From contig NMRA01000084.1 of assembly GCA_002633005.1 (NCBI GenBank), forward strand, positions 589,267-653,266: a stretch of 64,000 nt of DNA, in the 5' to 3' direction. The notes beneath the pieces were generated by a model that was not told the DNA's origin, did no database searches, and was given only the letters and a program-made list of their open reading frames with translations. Shown here one piece after another: positions 12,005-25,570 of the stretch (positions are counted from its first letter, which is position 1; each line of letters opens with the position of its first letter). The translations under genes and the position numbers were made by a program. Origin of the DNA: Phoronis australis (lineage: Eukaryota; Animalia; Phoronida).

Positions 12005-12848
12005 AATGCATTTTTGCTGTAAGCGAACCTGAAACTAGCTTTTTCACTCTTGTGAACCCGCTGTGATATGAAGCAACAACATCTTATCCAGTTAAAAGGA
12101 TCACGACAGATTTTCGTTCCGCCCATGGTTGTCATGAGTTCTCGGTTTCCCCGGTCCCCACTAATTCAGTGTCTTGCAATGCACCAAAAAGCATCTTGCA
12201 ACGGACCAGTACTTTCAATTATGGTGAGGTCAATTGTCAGGTTCTCTTTTTCGTCATATTCTTTACAAGTCACCAAGTTTTCCTTGATGTCATCGGATGT
12301 ATGCGAGCCGAAAACTGTCCTATAATGGCTTCGAAAACAACAGCTGCACTGCAGATGTAATCTCTTGAATCCCCCTCTTTGTCACCCCAATTCGGATTTC
12401 GCGATTCACTACTGCCTAAACATATTAAATCACGTATATCTTTAGACTGTATTGAATCGCGAAATCCGGATTGAAACGACAGGGGAGAAGGATTGGGGGG
12501 ATTACATCTGCGGCGCTGCAGTCGTGTTCGAAGCTATTATGAGACAGTTGTTGGCTTGCAAACATCCGGTGACATCAGAGACAGCTTGGTGACTTTTAGC
12601 AAATATAACGAAAAAGAGGACCTGACATTTGACCTCGCTCTAATTGAATATCACTGGACTAATGTAACATGCTTTTTGTTGCATTTTAAAAAAAGATCAA
12701 TAGCTCTGCGGCAAATGAAATCTCCCGAATTAGTGTCGACCAGCGAAAGAACTCATAACAACCGTGGGTGGAACGAAAATCGGCCGTGATCCTTTAAACT
12801 GGATAAAAAACTGTTGTAAATAGTGAAATCGATAGCTTTACGTGCGTT
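12005..12848 (+). repeat. Long imperfect inverted repeat (~350-420-nt arms, ~10-nt loop at 12426-12435)
   Basis: CAATTCGGATTTCGCGATTCA (12388-12408) pairs with TGAATCGCGAAATCCGGATTG (12453-12473). TTATCCAGTTAAAAGGATCACGACAGATTTTCGTTCCGCCCATGGTTGTCATGAGTTCT (from 12084) pairs with AGAACTCATAACAACCGTGGGTGGAACGAAAATCGGCCGTGATCCTTTAAACTGGATAA (to 12806). The arms are colinear throughout. Confidence 0.95.
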
Positions 12849-15419
12849 AACCACTTCTCCCTCTGTTTGGCAGAGCCCAGCCTGTCAGCTTTAGCTCCAA
12901 TACGTACCGCCCTCTATTGACAGTAATTAATGTAACGCCACAATCATGAACTTGAAAAATCGCTAGGTGTCGCAGGTGAACTTCCCAACTATTTTGAGCA
13001 GAATCACGAAGTGTTATCGGCACCCGTAATTTCCCATTTGACAATAAACGTCGTGTGGCGCTTTTGGGGGTATACGTATCCCGCTCAACAAAAATGTTGT
13101 CTGGACGTTTTAATATGTTGCGGTGAACATTTTATGTTCTCATTTGCGTTTTGGCATGGACCCAGAAAGCCTGATTTTTATCTGGATGTCCCGATTTTCA
13201 ATATGGTTGTCCGTTTTTCTATCATTCTCGGATGTTGCTATGCAACAGGTGTTCAAAATAACATTGTATCTTGCGGTCGTAAAATTGTGTTCCAATGTCT
13301 TTTGTTAACGGTAACACAAACAAGTATCAGAATCACTAATTTTTTACTTTCTGATAAAATGGGTTCATTTTCTGCTATGGAAATTCCTGTTCTTTAATGA
13401 CCTTCCACTAAAGATTTTTGACCACTTTTATATCTCAGAAACTCCTTGTTTGCAAATGTTGGATAGGTATCTGGAGTAATTAGTTTATCCTATCTAATTG
13501 TATCAAAGGATACCAAACGTCCAATTCAATTCTGAGTGAATTCCTGACTAAGTTCTTCGCAGCAGCTACGAGGGAACCATATTCTAAAATTTTTTGGCTT
13601 TATCCAGTAGAATTCTTTTGCGTCAATGAAACTATTTTCTCAGACTACGTTTAATTAGTCGTTTATATAACATCCACCTCTCTGATTTATTTAATTTCTA
13701 TGTTACTATTACACCAAAATTAAGTGGCATTACAAGTTAAATTGTTAACGAATTAGTTTAATAGTAAGCCAATTAGCACATTACGGTTTCGTTTTTACAC
13801 CATGTTATTGTTGACCATAGTAGTTTCTGAACCGCTGGATTTAGTTGTCCGTACCACTCCTGACATCTCTCGTGTGTTCTAATAATTACGTGTTGCACTG
13901 TGGGCCATTTGGGAGTGTTACCAAGTATATCAATAGTAAGAATTATAATGCTGAAAAATTAATTGCATATAAAAAATTTATATACGACAGCTTCTCTGGG
14001 AAATGGGAAAATTTTACTGTTCGCGTTAACTCCATGTAGAATTTGTTTACTTTATACGAGACACGAGAATGGTCTCTCCTGAGGTGTGCTTGCGTGAATG
14101 AATGAATGTACTTATTTGTTTGTTTTTGTACTTGTTTATCTATGATAATAAATACCTGAAAAGAATTGCATGACTGATAAAAAATGAGAAGTTTTGAACT
14201 ATTGAAGACGTCAGTAACTGACGTTAGCAACGAGAGAATCAAACGAATGAGTATCCTTATATTTTCAGCTCACAATTGAACAGGAAATTTCAAGATTTAC
14301 GTTTTTCTAGCTATAAAAATATTAATAGAATTGACATCATGTTGTCTTTAAACAAAATGTGATTGGTTGATTATGGAGACTTAGACGAGGTCTTGTGAAA
14401 TTCTATAATTAGCTTCAGGCAGAAAATAGCCAGAGTCATTATAGCTACATTTATAAATAGCAGTATCCTTATGTATAGTCGACAAGTCATATTCATTGAT
14501 TATTTATTCATGTTTCAGCACTGACAGTGACACGTTGTATAATTCCGTAGAAACCTTTTTATAGGTCTGTAATAATTGGGCTGGCCAGAGATTCCTTGAC
14601 CTTGGGTATTTTTAACATCTACAGAAGGCTTTTCGTTTTCCTGTTCTATACTATCACTTTTAGGATTGCTTGGCGAACGCCCTGGTTTATTTCCGGTTTC
14701 TCCTCTCTAACTGGGTATGCAATAATGCACCGCTAACTAACCAGGAAATCTTTATAAGCAGAAAAAGTACACCATCGAATCGCTATCTTTCCATCTTAAC
14801 CTACACGAAATAACAAAATTTCCAGAAAAAAATCTGGGAATTAACTGTTTATTTTCTTTTGACAGACTTACTCGCCTAAAGATGAGAAGATTTGGTGAAT
14901 ACTCCAGGGTATCCGTTAAGTTGAAATTAAGATTTTTAAACATTTTAGGCTTTTATGACAATAGTTTTCGTAGTTAGTCACAAAGTTGAAGCGAAGAAAC
15001 CAATTTGGGGAGCTCTCATAGCAGTCAGCATCGCTGATCATCGCCACCAGTGCTGAAAGACATCATTGCTGTCATGAGTGCGATAATGAAAGCTTCAGAG
15101 AACGAAAACACGAAAACAACCTATTGAAATTTGAATAAACAACCCACCTGAAGCTGAACTATTTCTGTGATATTTGTAGTTAAATGAAGGTAATGAACGT
15201 TGGGTAGTTTCTGTGAAATAAAAAATGTTTAGCTATGTTTAGAACAGATGAGTTGGGCATCTTAACTATTCAGGTAATGTCCGTTCACGCAAGCGGAACA
15301 CACGCACGGCAGGTGTGAAGGACGGTCGCGTGTTTCTCACATATCCTCATTCGAAACTCATACAGCATAAACTCCGAAACGTTTCTCGAGCTGTCTTAAT
15401 ACACGTGTAGCAAAAACGT

Positions 15420-15560
15420 ACAAAAACAACAACAATAACGACTCCAGTAATAACAACATCAGCAAGAATTGCAATTACAGTGGTACGCTAAGTCAATAAC
15501 AGTAATAAAAACAATACCAAAAATAAAAATTTTGCAAATCTGCACCAAAAACAACAAAAA
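15420..15560. repeat. Degenerate (AAC/AAT)n low-complexity tract
   Basis: AAAAACAACAACAATAAC...AATAACAACATCAGCAAG...AAAAACAACAAAAA. Confidence 0.6.
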
Positions 15561-18500
15561 TGCAAGTTGGTCCCGCTAAGCATGAAGGACACAGTGTGTT
15601 TCCGTGCGAGTCTTGGTTCAATCATTATCCTTGTACTGTCTAACTATAGCAACACAAAGTACGAAAAGAAATAGAAGTTTAGTTATCATCAGTGAAAACC
15701 TGGCAGAGATGCAAGATGTTGTTTTCTGGTAAGTCTTCCAAGCGCTGCATAGGAAGTTTAACGGTTCTACACGACGTCAAAGCAATGAACCCCATTCATT
15801 CCATGGCTCCCCCAATATTGTATTATCTGATCAAGTTGATACACGTTAGCCCATGCTGTCTGGAATGCTATCATTATCGAGATATTTGTTCAAAGAAAAT
15901 CCACCAAAACTATGGAAACCAAGCACTCCTGGGTCAGGGATCTATTCATTGTAGGAAAAATGCACCGACATTTTCCGTTCTACTTTTGTTTGAATTTAAC
16001 ATGAATGGCTATTATTCTGTGCACGTGCATGTTTACGTGTATGACTGTTTCATCCCGCTGATTTGCCCTTAGTGACCCTCCGAATTTTACCCGACGGAAC
16101 TAGCCGAGTGCAAGTTTTTGTCTTGAATCTCTGAGACATCAAGTGCGAACTTGAACTAAACACTCATCAGCACGAACCATGAAATACCCGACCACAGAAT
16201 AATGGACAATTATTTTGACTCCGTATCAAAGGAGAACTGTAAATGTCAGAAACATTTTCAAGTTTAAGTTCGAGTACAAAGATTTGACCCCGACTTTATG
16301 GCATGTTTCATTAAGTGACTTAAGATTTAACCAACAGACCAAAAATATATTTAAGTATACATGTAGACTGAAGTTTGGGCTAAGTTAAGAACGAAGACAA
16401 AACTCCCGAAAAGGCAGTTTCGTGATCATAAAGTCGTTTAATTGTATTTTTACATAGGTGAGCTCACAAACTACGCTTTCGCCATCTGGTGCGATTTTAC
16501 AAAACTAAGCGAGGTGGCGCCTGTGAAATACGATTTCAAAAGTAATCTTGGTCTTGACACTCTAAATGGGGATACAATTGGGATCTCGTTTACCTGAGAA
16601 GGCCCTGGTATGACGGGAAAATAACGTGATATATGTCCAGGTACAACTGTATGTCGCACTGCATTGTCACTGCGGTGTTTTACCGGTTCTCGTATCGAAA
16701 GCAGACGATCTTTAATTTGACATTGTTTAGGGATTCTAGATTCTGAAAAAAGTCAACGAAAATTGTTCCTCAACAGTTTCCAGTGACAACAGCCGTACAT
16801 TTTTATTATTTAGATCAAAAGTCCAATATCAAGCCTACTCTGTGGCAGGCTAGTTTATACCGATTTTGGTCTTAAGAAATTTTCGTGAAAAGATGAAGAC
16901 ATTTTTATCTCAAGTGAACTCTATTTTGGTCTAAACTAAACCAGAAACCGTTTCATGAAACGAGCCCTTGGTGTTTCCAAGTTCAAAACAGCGTGGTAAA
17001 ACAGATGAGCACGTGGAAGATTTATTCAGTATTGTATAAAGTAAGATGTTGTGTAAACTGTTATGAATGAGACGAGAGAAAACTTTATTCGATTCGATTT
17101 TTATTGTTTCACTTAGTTGCAATTTTTTATCTGTTTTCAAATAACCCAAAATATTAGTTGAAGAGGGATTAGTCAGTGACTTTTATCTGATCAATTTGAT
17201 AAACAAATGCAATCGATGGACCAACACGAGAATCCCATTTATATAATAATTAATGTTGACTCAAACAATGTTAAATAAATATTGAAAATGTAGGCTTTTT
17301 GATAGCCGATTTCCTCCTGTCAAATTGGCTATTTGATTTTTACTTAGTAAAATAATGTCGGATACGCTAAGGCCTTGAGATAACTTTAATTATTCTACAC
17401 GTAAGCGACCGTACACAGTCTGTAGTCTACATGTACGTACGCCTTGTCTGTTACTGTACTGAAGATTAATAGTGACCGATTTCGTCAGTATTTGAACACA
17501 TTAAACTTAGTTAAGGAATAGCAACACCTTTTAATAGGTCTGTCTCCTATGCTGTACATGTATGTCGTGCGAGACGAGCGCAAGATAACAACAGCTAAGC
17601 TTGCATATTCGGTCACATTTGTGGTAAGACTGTTGTGCGACAATAGATTATGGCTTTCCTCTAAGGAAACGTTGGACTTTCGACATCGTAGGCATTAGAT
17701 GACACCGGCAATAGTTCGTACGTCTGTCGTTCGACGTTCGGCGTTCCTTAAATACTCAAATTATACGCCAAAGTTCTCCACGTACTGCGTTATTCATCGT
17801 CCTTCGTTTTCCCCCTAATTTTCGTAGAATACACGTACATGCAGCATACCCGTCGTGTGTACGTGGCAGGGACTCAAACACCACTGGGGCGATCTCATAA
17901 ACATGATTCTCAATTCCTGTCAGCTTCCAGTCAAAATTGACTATAATTGTGAAGATGATGATAAAGACAATGATAATCATGAAGACTACTATGATATCGC
18001 CGAGGATAATGATAGCACTGTTTTCACCCAGAGGCGTGTGATAACTGAGTTTTGTTTGTCTTATTGGTACGTTCTAATCGCAAAAACAAAGCCATGAACA
18101 ATGACATTTTAGACATAATAAAGTGCACGTTGAGTTTTTTTTTTTCTCAGCCTTGAATGAGATTGGACATTAAAATATCACATTGTACAATTCAGTACGT
18201 TAAAAGGACGCTATCGGTTCAACTGTCGAAAACAACATTTTGGGATAACTGTTGGATGAGATTGATTTTTTCAAGCTTTGACCAGGCCTAAAAAAATCAT
18301 CAAAATCCATTATAGTTTGTGGTTTCATCATCATAAATCTCCAATTCTCGCCATTGTCTAACAGACATTTGCTGAAATCAATGCTGGTGACAACTCTACT
18401 GTGTTGATATGCCTGCACTTGAGAACACTCTGGCGTTTATCGAGTGGAACTTAACTCCGCCAACAGAGCGCTTGAATGTAGGTTTAATTCCCCCACTGAG

Positions 18501-21499
18501 ACGATATCAAAAATATTTTCTCACCGATAACGTCCCTTTAAGTGAAATTTGAAGACACTCTTTTCTTTGTTTTCGGCACTTTCATCTAATCGAAAGATGT
18601 ACCTAAAATAAGAATGCTGCAGTCGTACATGTGTTTGCATTTTTAATGGCACTTCATATAAATCCCATTTCATTGCCTCTTGGCTGTGGCGGCCATTTTG
18701 TTGGTGCACCACTAGAAATTAGAGAAAAAGTCGCCGTTTTTAACTCTTCTTATTTTAAAATCAGTGGTTTATGTGGTAAAAAGACATAATAACATAATAA
18801 TATTTATAAAGTATATTGGCCTACGACCAAATTCCTTCTTTGTAGTTTTTTACTGAAACAATCATGGACTTGAAAGAGCGTACCTCACGTGTACGGGCAT
18901 CTTTGAGTGTTCCGAAGAAGCCCCTCTTTTGGTTTCTCATTTTTCTACGCCGTATTAACCTATTTTCATGGAAATTTATAGAACGTAATTTCAATCCGTT
19001 TTCAGTTTGAGGAATAAAAATCCCCATTATTCATTAAATATTCCGCAAGAAGCGTCAATTTGAAATAAGACATTACAGGACCTTTTTCCGACGGGACTCG
19101 CTATCGGTTGTGACGCATTATAGATTCAATGGAGGTCAACCGCAACACAGCTCTCGTGAAATTACGGATGTACATTGGCTTTCCTGTAATGAATGAAAAA
19201 GTTTTTAAAGTAAATAAAATTAATGCACAGGACTCTGATCCCTTTCAGCAGCTGAAGAGAACTTCAGATTAATCCATTTTGAAGTCATTAAAGGGGGGGG
19301 GGTGTTCACGGGGAATAGAGTTCGAAACTTTGAAGAAAAATTTACTCTTCGTGGGAAGCAGTAACTCGACAATAATTTAATAAAAAGAAAATCTAGATGG
19401 AAGATGCACATGGTTAATGATGATGTCAAAGACCACCGAAAACGCACATGTCGAAATGAGTGTCGTGATACATACTGCACTACGGAGTGTATTTAAGGTG
19501 TTCTTTGTTTGTGCTTTTTTTCAGGCATGGAGAATTAATCATGAAGATATTGGGGTAAAAAGGTTGGGCGTTTTTGGGACACCCGATACGTTCAAAAATG
19601 ACGAAGGCTATCTATAGTGCACTTACATCTAACGTCATGACAAGTATAAAAATTCCGTAGGAATCTAAATTAAATTCAGTTGCTATGACGATATAAGAAT
19701 TTAATTGGCATATTCATACTTTCGTTTCCCGATTTCTTGTCACATTTCTTGCTCGTTGTCAACGCAGTCAATATCTTAGTTGATATTTAAGGAACTAGTG
19801 TCTATCAAGTAAGTTCAAAAGCTCAGGGAATGCTCACGCCCCAGATAGTGCCCCAATGACGTAATATTGGGTCACGCTCTGACATCTCATATCATATATA
19901 GGCAGAACTGACTACGACCATGTCAAAGATCCCCGGCTTTTTGCAACAACTGACGTTAATATGTAGGCTACCTCGACGTCCCTCTCAACGGATCAGATCT
20001 GGCGCGAAAAGCCTCGTGCGTTGAGTCTATTTATTAGCATAAAAGGCGCCATTACGCACGTGCTCCTTCATGAGGGTTCTAGTGGCCTCTAAATTGAGAA
20101 GTTGGGCGATCGAGCCAAGGAAGACAGATCAAATGATTGAAGACAAAAGTTATGAAGACAAGTGTGAGTGCATAGTTTTTTCTCTTCCAGGTAGACTGGA
20201 GAGTTAAAATACTGATAGGTTCGTGCATTTATAAAGGTAGTGTGATGTAGTTTTGATAGCAATCTCGTACAAACGCATCATACCTATGTATTGCTCTTGT
20301 CTGTTGTGGTAGGCACTAACCTTTAGGAATATTAAACAAATTTAAAGATTGCGTTAAGCTTTAGTTCTACTGAAATTGTTTTGCCAAAACATTGGTCACC
20401 AAATGAGTTATCTGTTTTTCTTGTTAAAAGTCAACAATTTAAACAAGGAAGCACTTCATTCAAATTTGAATGAAAATTTTACTTCTGATAAAATACGATT
20501 CTTCCACAGTACTTTCCAAACCTGCCAATGTCAGTGAGCAGAACGATAACGGGTACATCATCATCTGTTGACATCACCAGCCGGAGACGCAACCTGCAAG
20601 ATTCTGTATTATATGATGAAAATCGTGAACATCGTTTTACTGAAAAATTGTTCTTATCAATTTTTGCGGCTGGTAACAATTGCATTCTGGCCTCTTTAAA
20701 TGGCATTCTAATCTCGTGAAATCTGCCTTATAATATTCCAAGCCGTTATCAACTCAAAATATAGAAAACGCGTATATTTGCTACTTTTGGAATTTGCATT
20801 TTCAGATTTGGCTATAATTAGTAAAAAATTTAGTGCTTTCTTGAGTCAGTTCCTTTTGGTTTAAAAAATAGGGACCTTTCACTGCAAGGACTCCTAAGAG
20901 ACCGATTTAATGGAAGTACAAGTTTTCGTTTTTTTAGCCACCTAAACGGGGCAACTTCCGCCCTGACACATGGAGTCGACATTAACATGACTTCTGTCTA
21001 AAACATTAAGCGGAGCCTATAAAAATTTCCGTTTTATATTTGTTTAAATATTTTTATTCTATAGCCATAATTATAGGAATATGAAAACGAGAGAAAATAT
21101 CGTCAAACCAAATAGACGTTCATCACATCTTGTTTTTTTCTCTTTAGCGCGCTTGTGTTTGAAAGTCCGAGGCAGGTGTATGTATTTCCAGTTCAGACGG
21201 TGCTGCAAGAACCTCGAACGGCATCCCAAATTAGCAAGGAATCTTTTATTTGTTGCAGAGGATATGTGTATTATATATTTATATATACAGTAGAGGGTAT
21301 TGTTTAAGGTTACGTGGAATTTAGTTTTCGTTCAATATACTGTATACATTGTATAATAATTAGGTGATGGTGGTGTTCTCGTCCAATGCACTTCCCGGCA
21401 CATTTCCTGTTTACCACGTTACACAGTTTGTAACTGCACTTAAGTTTAAGTTTAAGCACACGTTGGGTGTGGAATTTCCATGGGGCAAGTGCAAACGAT

Positions 21500-21520
21500 A
21501 ATATGGCGGCGCCTATAAAG
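21500..21520 (+). promoter_or_regulatory. YY1-like motif adjacent to a TATA-like sequence
   Basis: AATATGGCGGC (21500-21510) followed by TATAAAG (21514-21520). Motif match only. Confidence 0.25.
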
Positions 21521-24500
21521 TTCAGCTACGGTACTCTAAACAGACCCGTCCCGAAACAGCAAACTCCAAGTTTACGGTACTAATCATAGACAAATGCAAT
21601 TGGTCCCCGGGTGAGAAATTTGGTCAACGGGTTTGTTGCAATTTCGGGGCGGTACTGTGTATGTGGAGTTTAGGGACGTGTGTATGGGTTTTGTTCCGCA
21701 ACTTTGGTGTTTGCTGGTCTGAGATCATAGTGCTTGTGATGGTAGAGGAGCGACCATGTAATCGTTTCCACTCCCTCAATTTGTGTTTTGAGTCTTCCTC
21801 AGTCTATGCACGCACAACCGTACAAATAACTTCACGGCTTTATTCTCGTACTAGCCACGTGCAACTCAGGTAATATGTCCAGGTACAATCTCCGCACACC
21901 TGCTGAGTTATGAAAGAGACCCCGTTTCTGGTTCCAGCGCTTAACGCTTGGGAAAATTCTAACAATTTCTCTTCGCATAATTTGATTCACAGATTATGTG
22001 AAAATATTGTCCACGTCACTGGCACGGTATCTTACTAGATCTAGGAAAATAGAAAATTGACCTAACTTCCAAATCGTGATATCACTCGCGTAACAGATTC
22101 TAAAATCAAAAGTGAAATTTAGTTTTGTTCCAGAACTAAATTATTTAGCATATTCTTTGATGTATGTACATAAACGTTCTTAACCCCATCCAAATTGTTT
22201 AAAATCTGGCGCCAAATGTTTGGAGTAGGATAACATTACCGGAGTTTTCCTAAGACAACCACGGAGTATGCATTCTGAAAAATAATAACATTTTGTTACT
22301 TTAACTCAAACCCATATATTTGGCATAGTTTAATATAAGGCCGGGCGTGTTAATTCTGCACTTAGCCTTTATGTTAAAAATGCCCAAAACTGAAAATTTA
22401 TGAACCATATAAGGAACCCGGAGTTCGAAGATTGCATGGCAGTTTTTTGCGATTGCTTGAAATGACCGATTTTACGTCAAAAACACCATGAAACAACCCC
22501 ACAAGTTGATCAGGTGTCAAATTAGAACACTGACAAATATTATTTGACGATTGGTCGGTACAAGCTACGTACAATCGGGACAGCCAATCATAACATTCTT
22601 CCTCCATTGTGTTTAGTGGGATTAAAGTCGTCAGAAATAGCTCTTCGTTTTCCTGTGATTTGTGGTATCATAAGAAGTACTGAAGCTTTCAATTTGTTTT
22701 GGTTGTTTCAACTTAGTATTTGACCAGGCTGTGACTCTTATCTTTTCCGAGGAACATCGGATGCAGGCGCGGATATGGCACAAGTTTGTAGAATAAATTC
22801 GAGTACTGGTGAACACGACGCAAAGACGATGTGTACGTGTACGTTAATACATGTATGTCACACTGATGTCCGTGGAGCTAAGAAACTTTCGATTTTCTTT
22901 AATTTTCTCGTTTTTTGGATATCGAAATCATGATTCTAAGGTTAATGATGCTGACAATGTCGTCACTCGTCAAAACAAGGTAAATGATGGTTTTAAGTAC
23001 TTCTAGTTTTTGACGTCAATTTCATAGATCCAGGAAGAGCAGAAACTTGGGGTCTGTCCTCTGAGATTGAGAAAAACCTGTGTTGACCAGGGGGTGGGAG
23101 AAGTGCATTGCGAACTCACTGAAAATGATGTCGACGGTGACGGAAAATGGTTGTGACTGGGGCTTGTGGATTAAAAATGTGACGTCACCGTACAGGTATA
23201 GTCCCATCAGATTTGGACATTATGATCCTTTCTCTTGGAACTATTCTATGGTGAATCACATGGGTGTGATGTCATCACTTTCTGTCCCTACTGTATTACA
23301 TTGACATGCTGAATTACAGAAAGACACTGTTTTGACAAGTTGGTTACGTTTCCAGGAATACACAATATTGGCCTGACAAATTGCTGGGGATAGATCCTCA
23401 CTGCCGCTAATACGTGGCGCTGTTCTTCCCAGCCTCCTTGCCCTGAAGGCCGAAGTTCTTCATCGTGGACACTAACAAACGTAGTTGGTTGAATTCACGA
23501 CTTAAGTTGCAAGGCTAGGCTGAGTTGCATAAAAGTTATACACCGTACAACAACAATGACGTCGCATTATCATGCGTCACGCTGTTATTATTAAACAATG
23601 CACCTGATGTCATGCAACAATCAAACTTATCCAGCGGATAACTTTTGAAGCTTCCTGCAACTTAGCCCAGCTAGGCGCCCACGTCTTCCAGTTTATACCA
23701 AAAACAACTGGAATCAATGAATGTAATGTGACTGGATTATTGCTGTCTGAATACGCCGCCCAGAAAAAGGTCGTTTCCATTTGCTGAGACTGTTTTGAAA
23801 GTATAAATTGGCGATTCATCTGTTGGTCCGCGGTCTGCTCTGGCTGGAAGTCATCTTCTGAAAAGAGTATGCTAATGATTAAACCTCTGGCACCTGTTCA
23901 ATAGAGGGCGCTTAATTTGGAGTGAGTGGACTTCCTTTTGTAGTATTACGTCACTCTGTAGATTCTGAGCCGTGTAAATCTCTGCTTTGGTATTTTTCTT
24001 CCTTTGACTCTCTATTTTAATAATTAAAGTGTACTTCTGAAAGGCATTATAATTCCAACTGGCACTAGTTGGCCTAAAAACTTAACGCTGCTTTTCGCCG
24101 TTCTTTAGCCGTCAATATTGCTTTCTTGACCGATTTTGATATTTTACCGAATGAGCCGGGAGTTCATGTCACACCCAATGTGCACGTACAGTTGTTGTGT
24201 TCCTCAATTTTTTGAGTAGGCCAACTCTAATTAATTTTGAAGAGTTTTTTGAGTCGCTGATGATTTCGATGCAGTTCTAACTGAAATAGACTACTATCGT
24301 TTTAAGGAACATTATGATCGCGATTTTTGAGAGTAAACAGCCTTATTAAATTTTCGTTTCAGCTAGCTAAATGGCGAAATGCACCATTCCCGTTGGTTAC
24401 AAATAAAATTCAAACGTGATCCTTGCTGATGAAGTTTAAATTTCACATCTCATCCTGAGATAATGGTGAAATTTTGTTTTTATACAGGGACTGACAAACA

Positions 24501-25419
24501 TGATGTCTCACCCTATATTCTTAACGGTGATGTTCTCACTTAGTCCCACGCAGCACTCAAAAGAGACGCTTCACACACACCTACCATGCAACTTACTTTA
24601 ACCTTCCTTGTCATGTTCTTTGAACGGACGCTGAACCCTCCACAAAAAGTGAGTGTTGTGCAACCGATGTTATAATAACACAAAGTAGAGATACTAGCAT
24701 GAGTGTAAAAACCCGATATAACATTTCATTTCAAATCAAACACCTACGATTTGTTTGCACTTTTTACATAACTCATACGTAGGAGTAGCCAACTTTAAGA
24801 TCCCTGGTTCCGACGAGCGTTTATTCATCAGAGGAGCAAAAAGTAGGAATTTATCAATGATTGAACACATAACTGATTAGTGCAAAAACAATTTCATCGG
24901 AAGTATCACGTAGTCTTGCGTTTTTGTTGAAAAGTTATACAAAGGCACTTTAGCACGGTTAAGCAAAGTTTGAAATGTCTCAGATGTACTTTCTTTTGTG
25001 AAAAAGGAGATAGCCCATAAAAATACTACACCACTGACCCGACATTTCAAAAAATCATAGACCAGAACCAGCTTTACTGTTAACTGAAACATGAATAATT
25101 TTGGATCTTGAAAGACGAAACTTAGTAGTTTTACGAGCGTTACTACTAGCTCTCACATGAACCGAGAGGAGTTGGAACACACAACTGTCGGCGTTGTTGT
25201 TTTTTTTTTGCTCATTTCAACCTGATATCAGCTATGAATCGACAATATTTTTGTATAGAACAATGCGATCGCTTATCAACGTTACATTTCGCGTGGTCTT
25301 TTGCTCTAGATTTCATAATCTATAGTGCATTCTAATTGTGTTCCTTGTGAGAGCGTGTGACCTAAATGATGCTCATGAGAAGGACGTTTCCTGCATAAGC
25401 TATATTTAGCAACAGAACG

Positions 25420-25570
25420 AGTTCTGGTGACGTAAACGTCTAACGAGTTGGGAATTCTAGCCAAGCGTGATGTTCTGATGGAAATCCACCAATCAATGGC
25501 ATTGTTTCATGGCAGCTAATGAGCTCTGGTGATGAACTCTCGCATGTGTGACGTCGGCAGTGTGACGTCG
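25420..25570. promoter_or_regulatory. Cluster of CRE/ATF-like sites with a CCAAT box (putative enhancer/promoter)
   Basis: TGACGTAA (25428), TGACGTCG (25549, 25563), CCAAT (~25489), and a short direct repeat GAG(T/C)TCTGGTGA at ~25419 and 25521. Confidence 0.35.

Noticed and set aside
11726-12789. Divergent paralogous gene pair suggested by similar translations of the two inverted-repeat arms (ORF 12493-12789 and the minus frame of the left arm)
   Set aside because: Similar peptides follow trivially from the inverted repeat. Frames break between the arms, there is no room for promoters in a 10-nt loop, and no domain is recognisable.
17940-18015. Acidic peptide EDDDKDNDNHEDYYDIAEDND
   Set aside because: Degenerate (GAT/GAC)n low-complexity DNA, not evidence of a coding exon.
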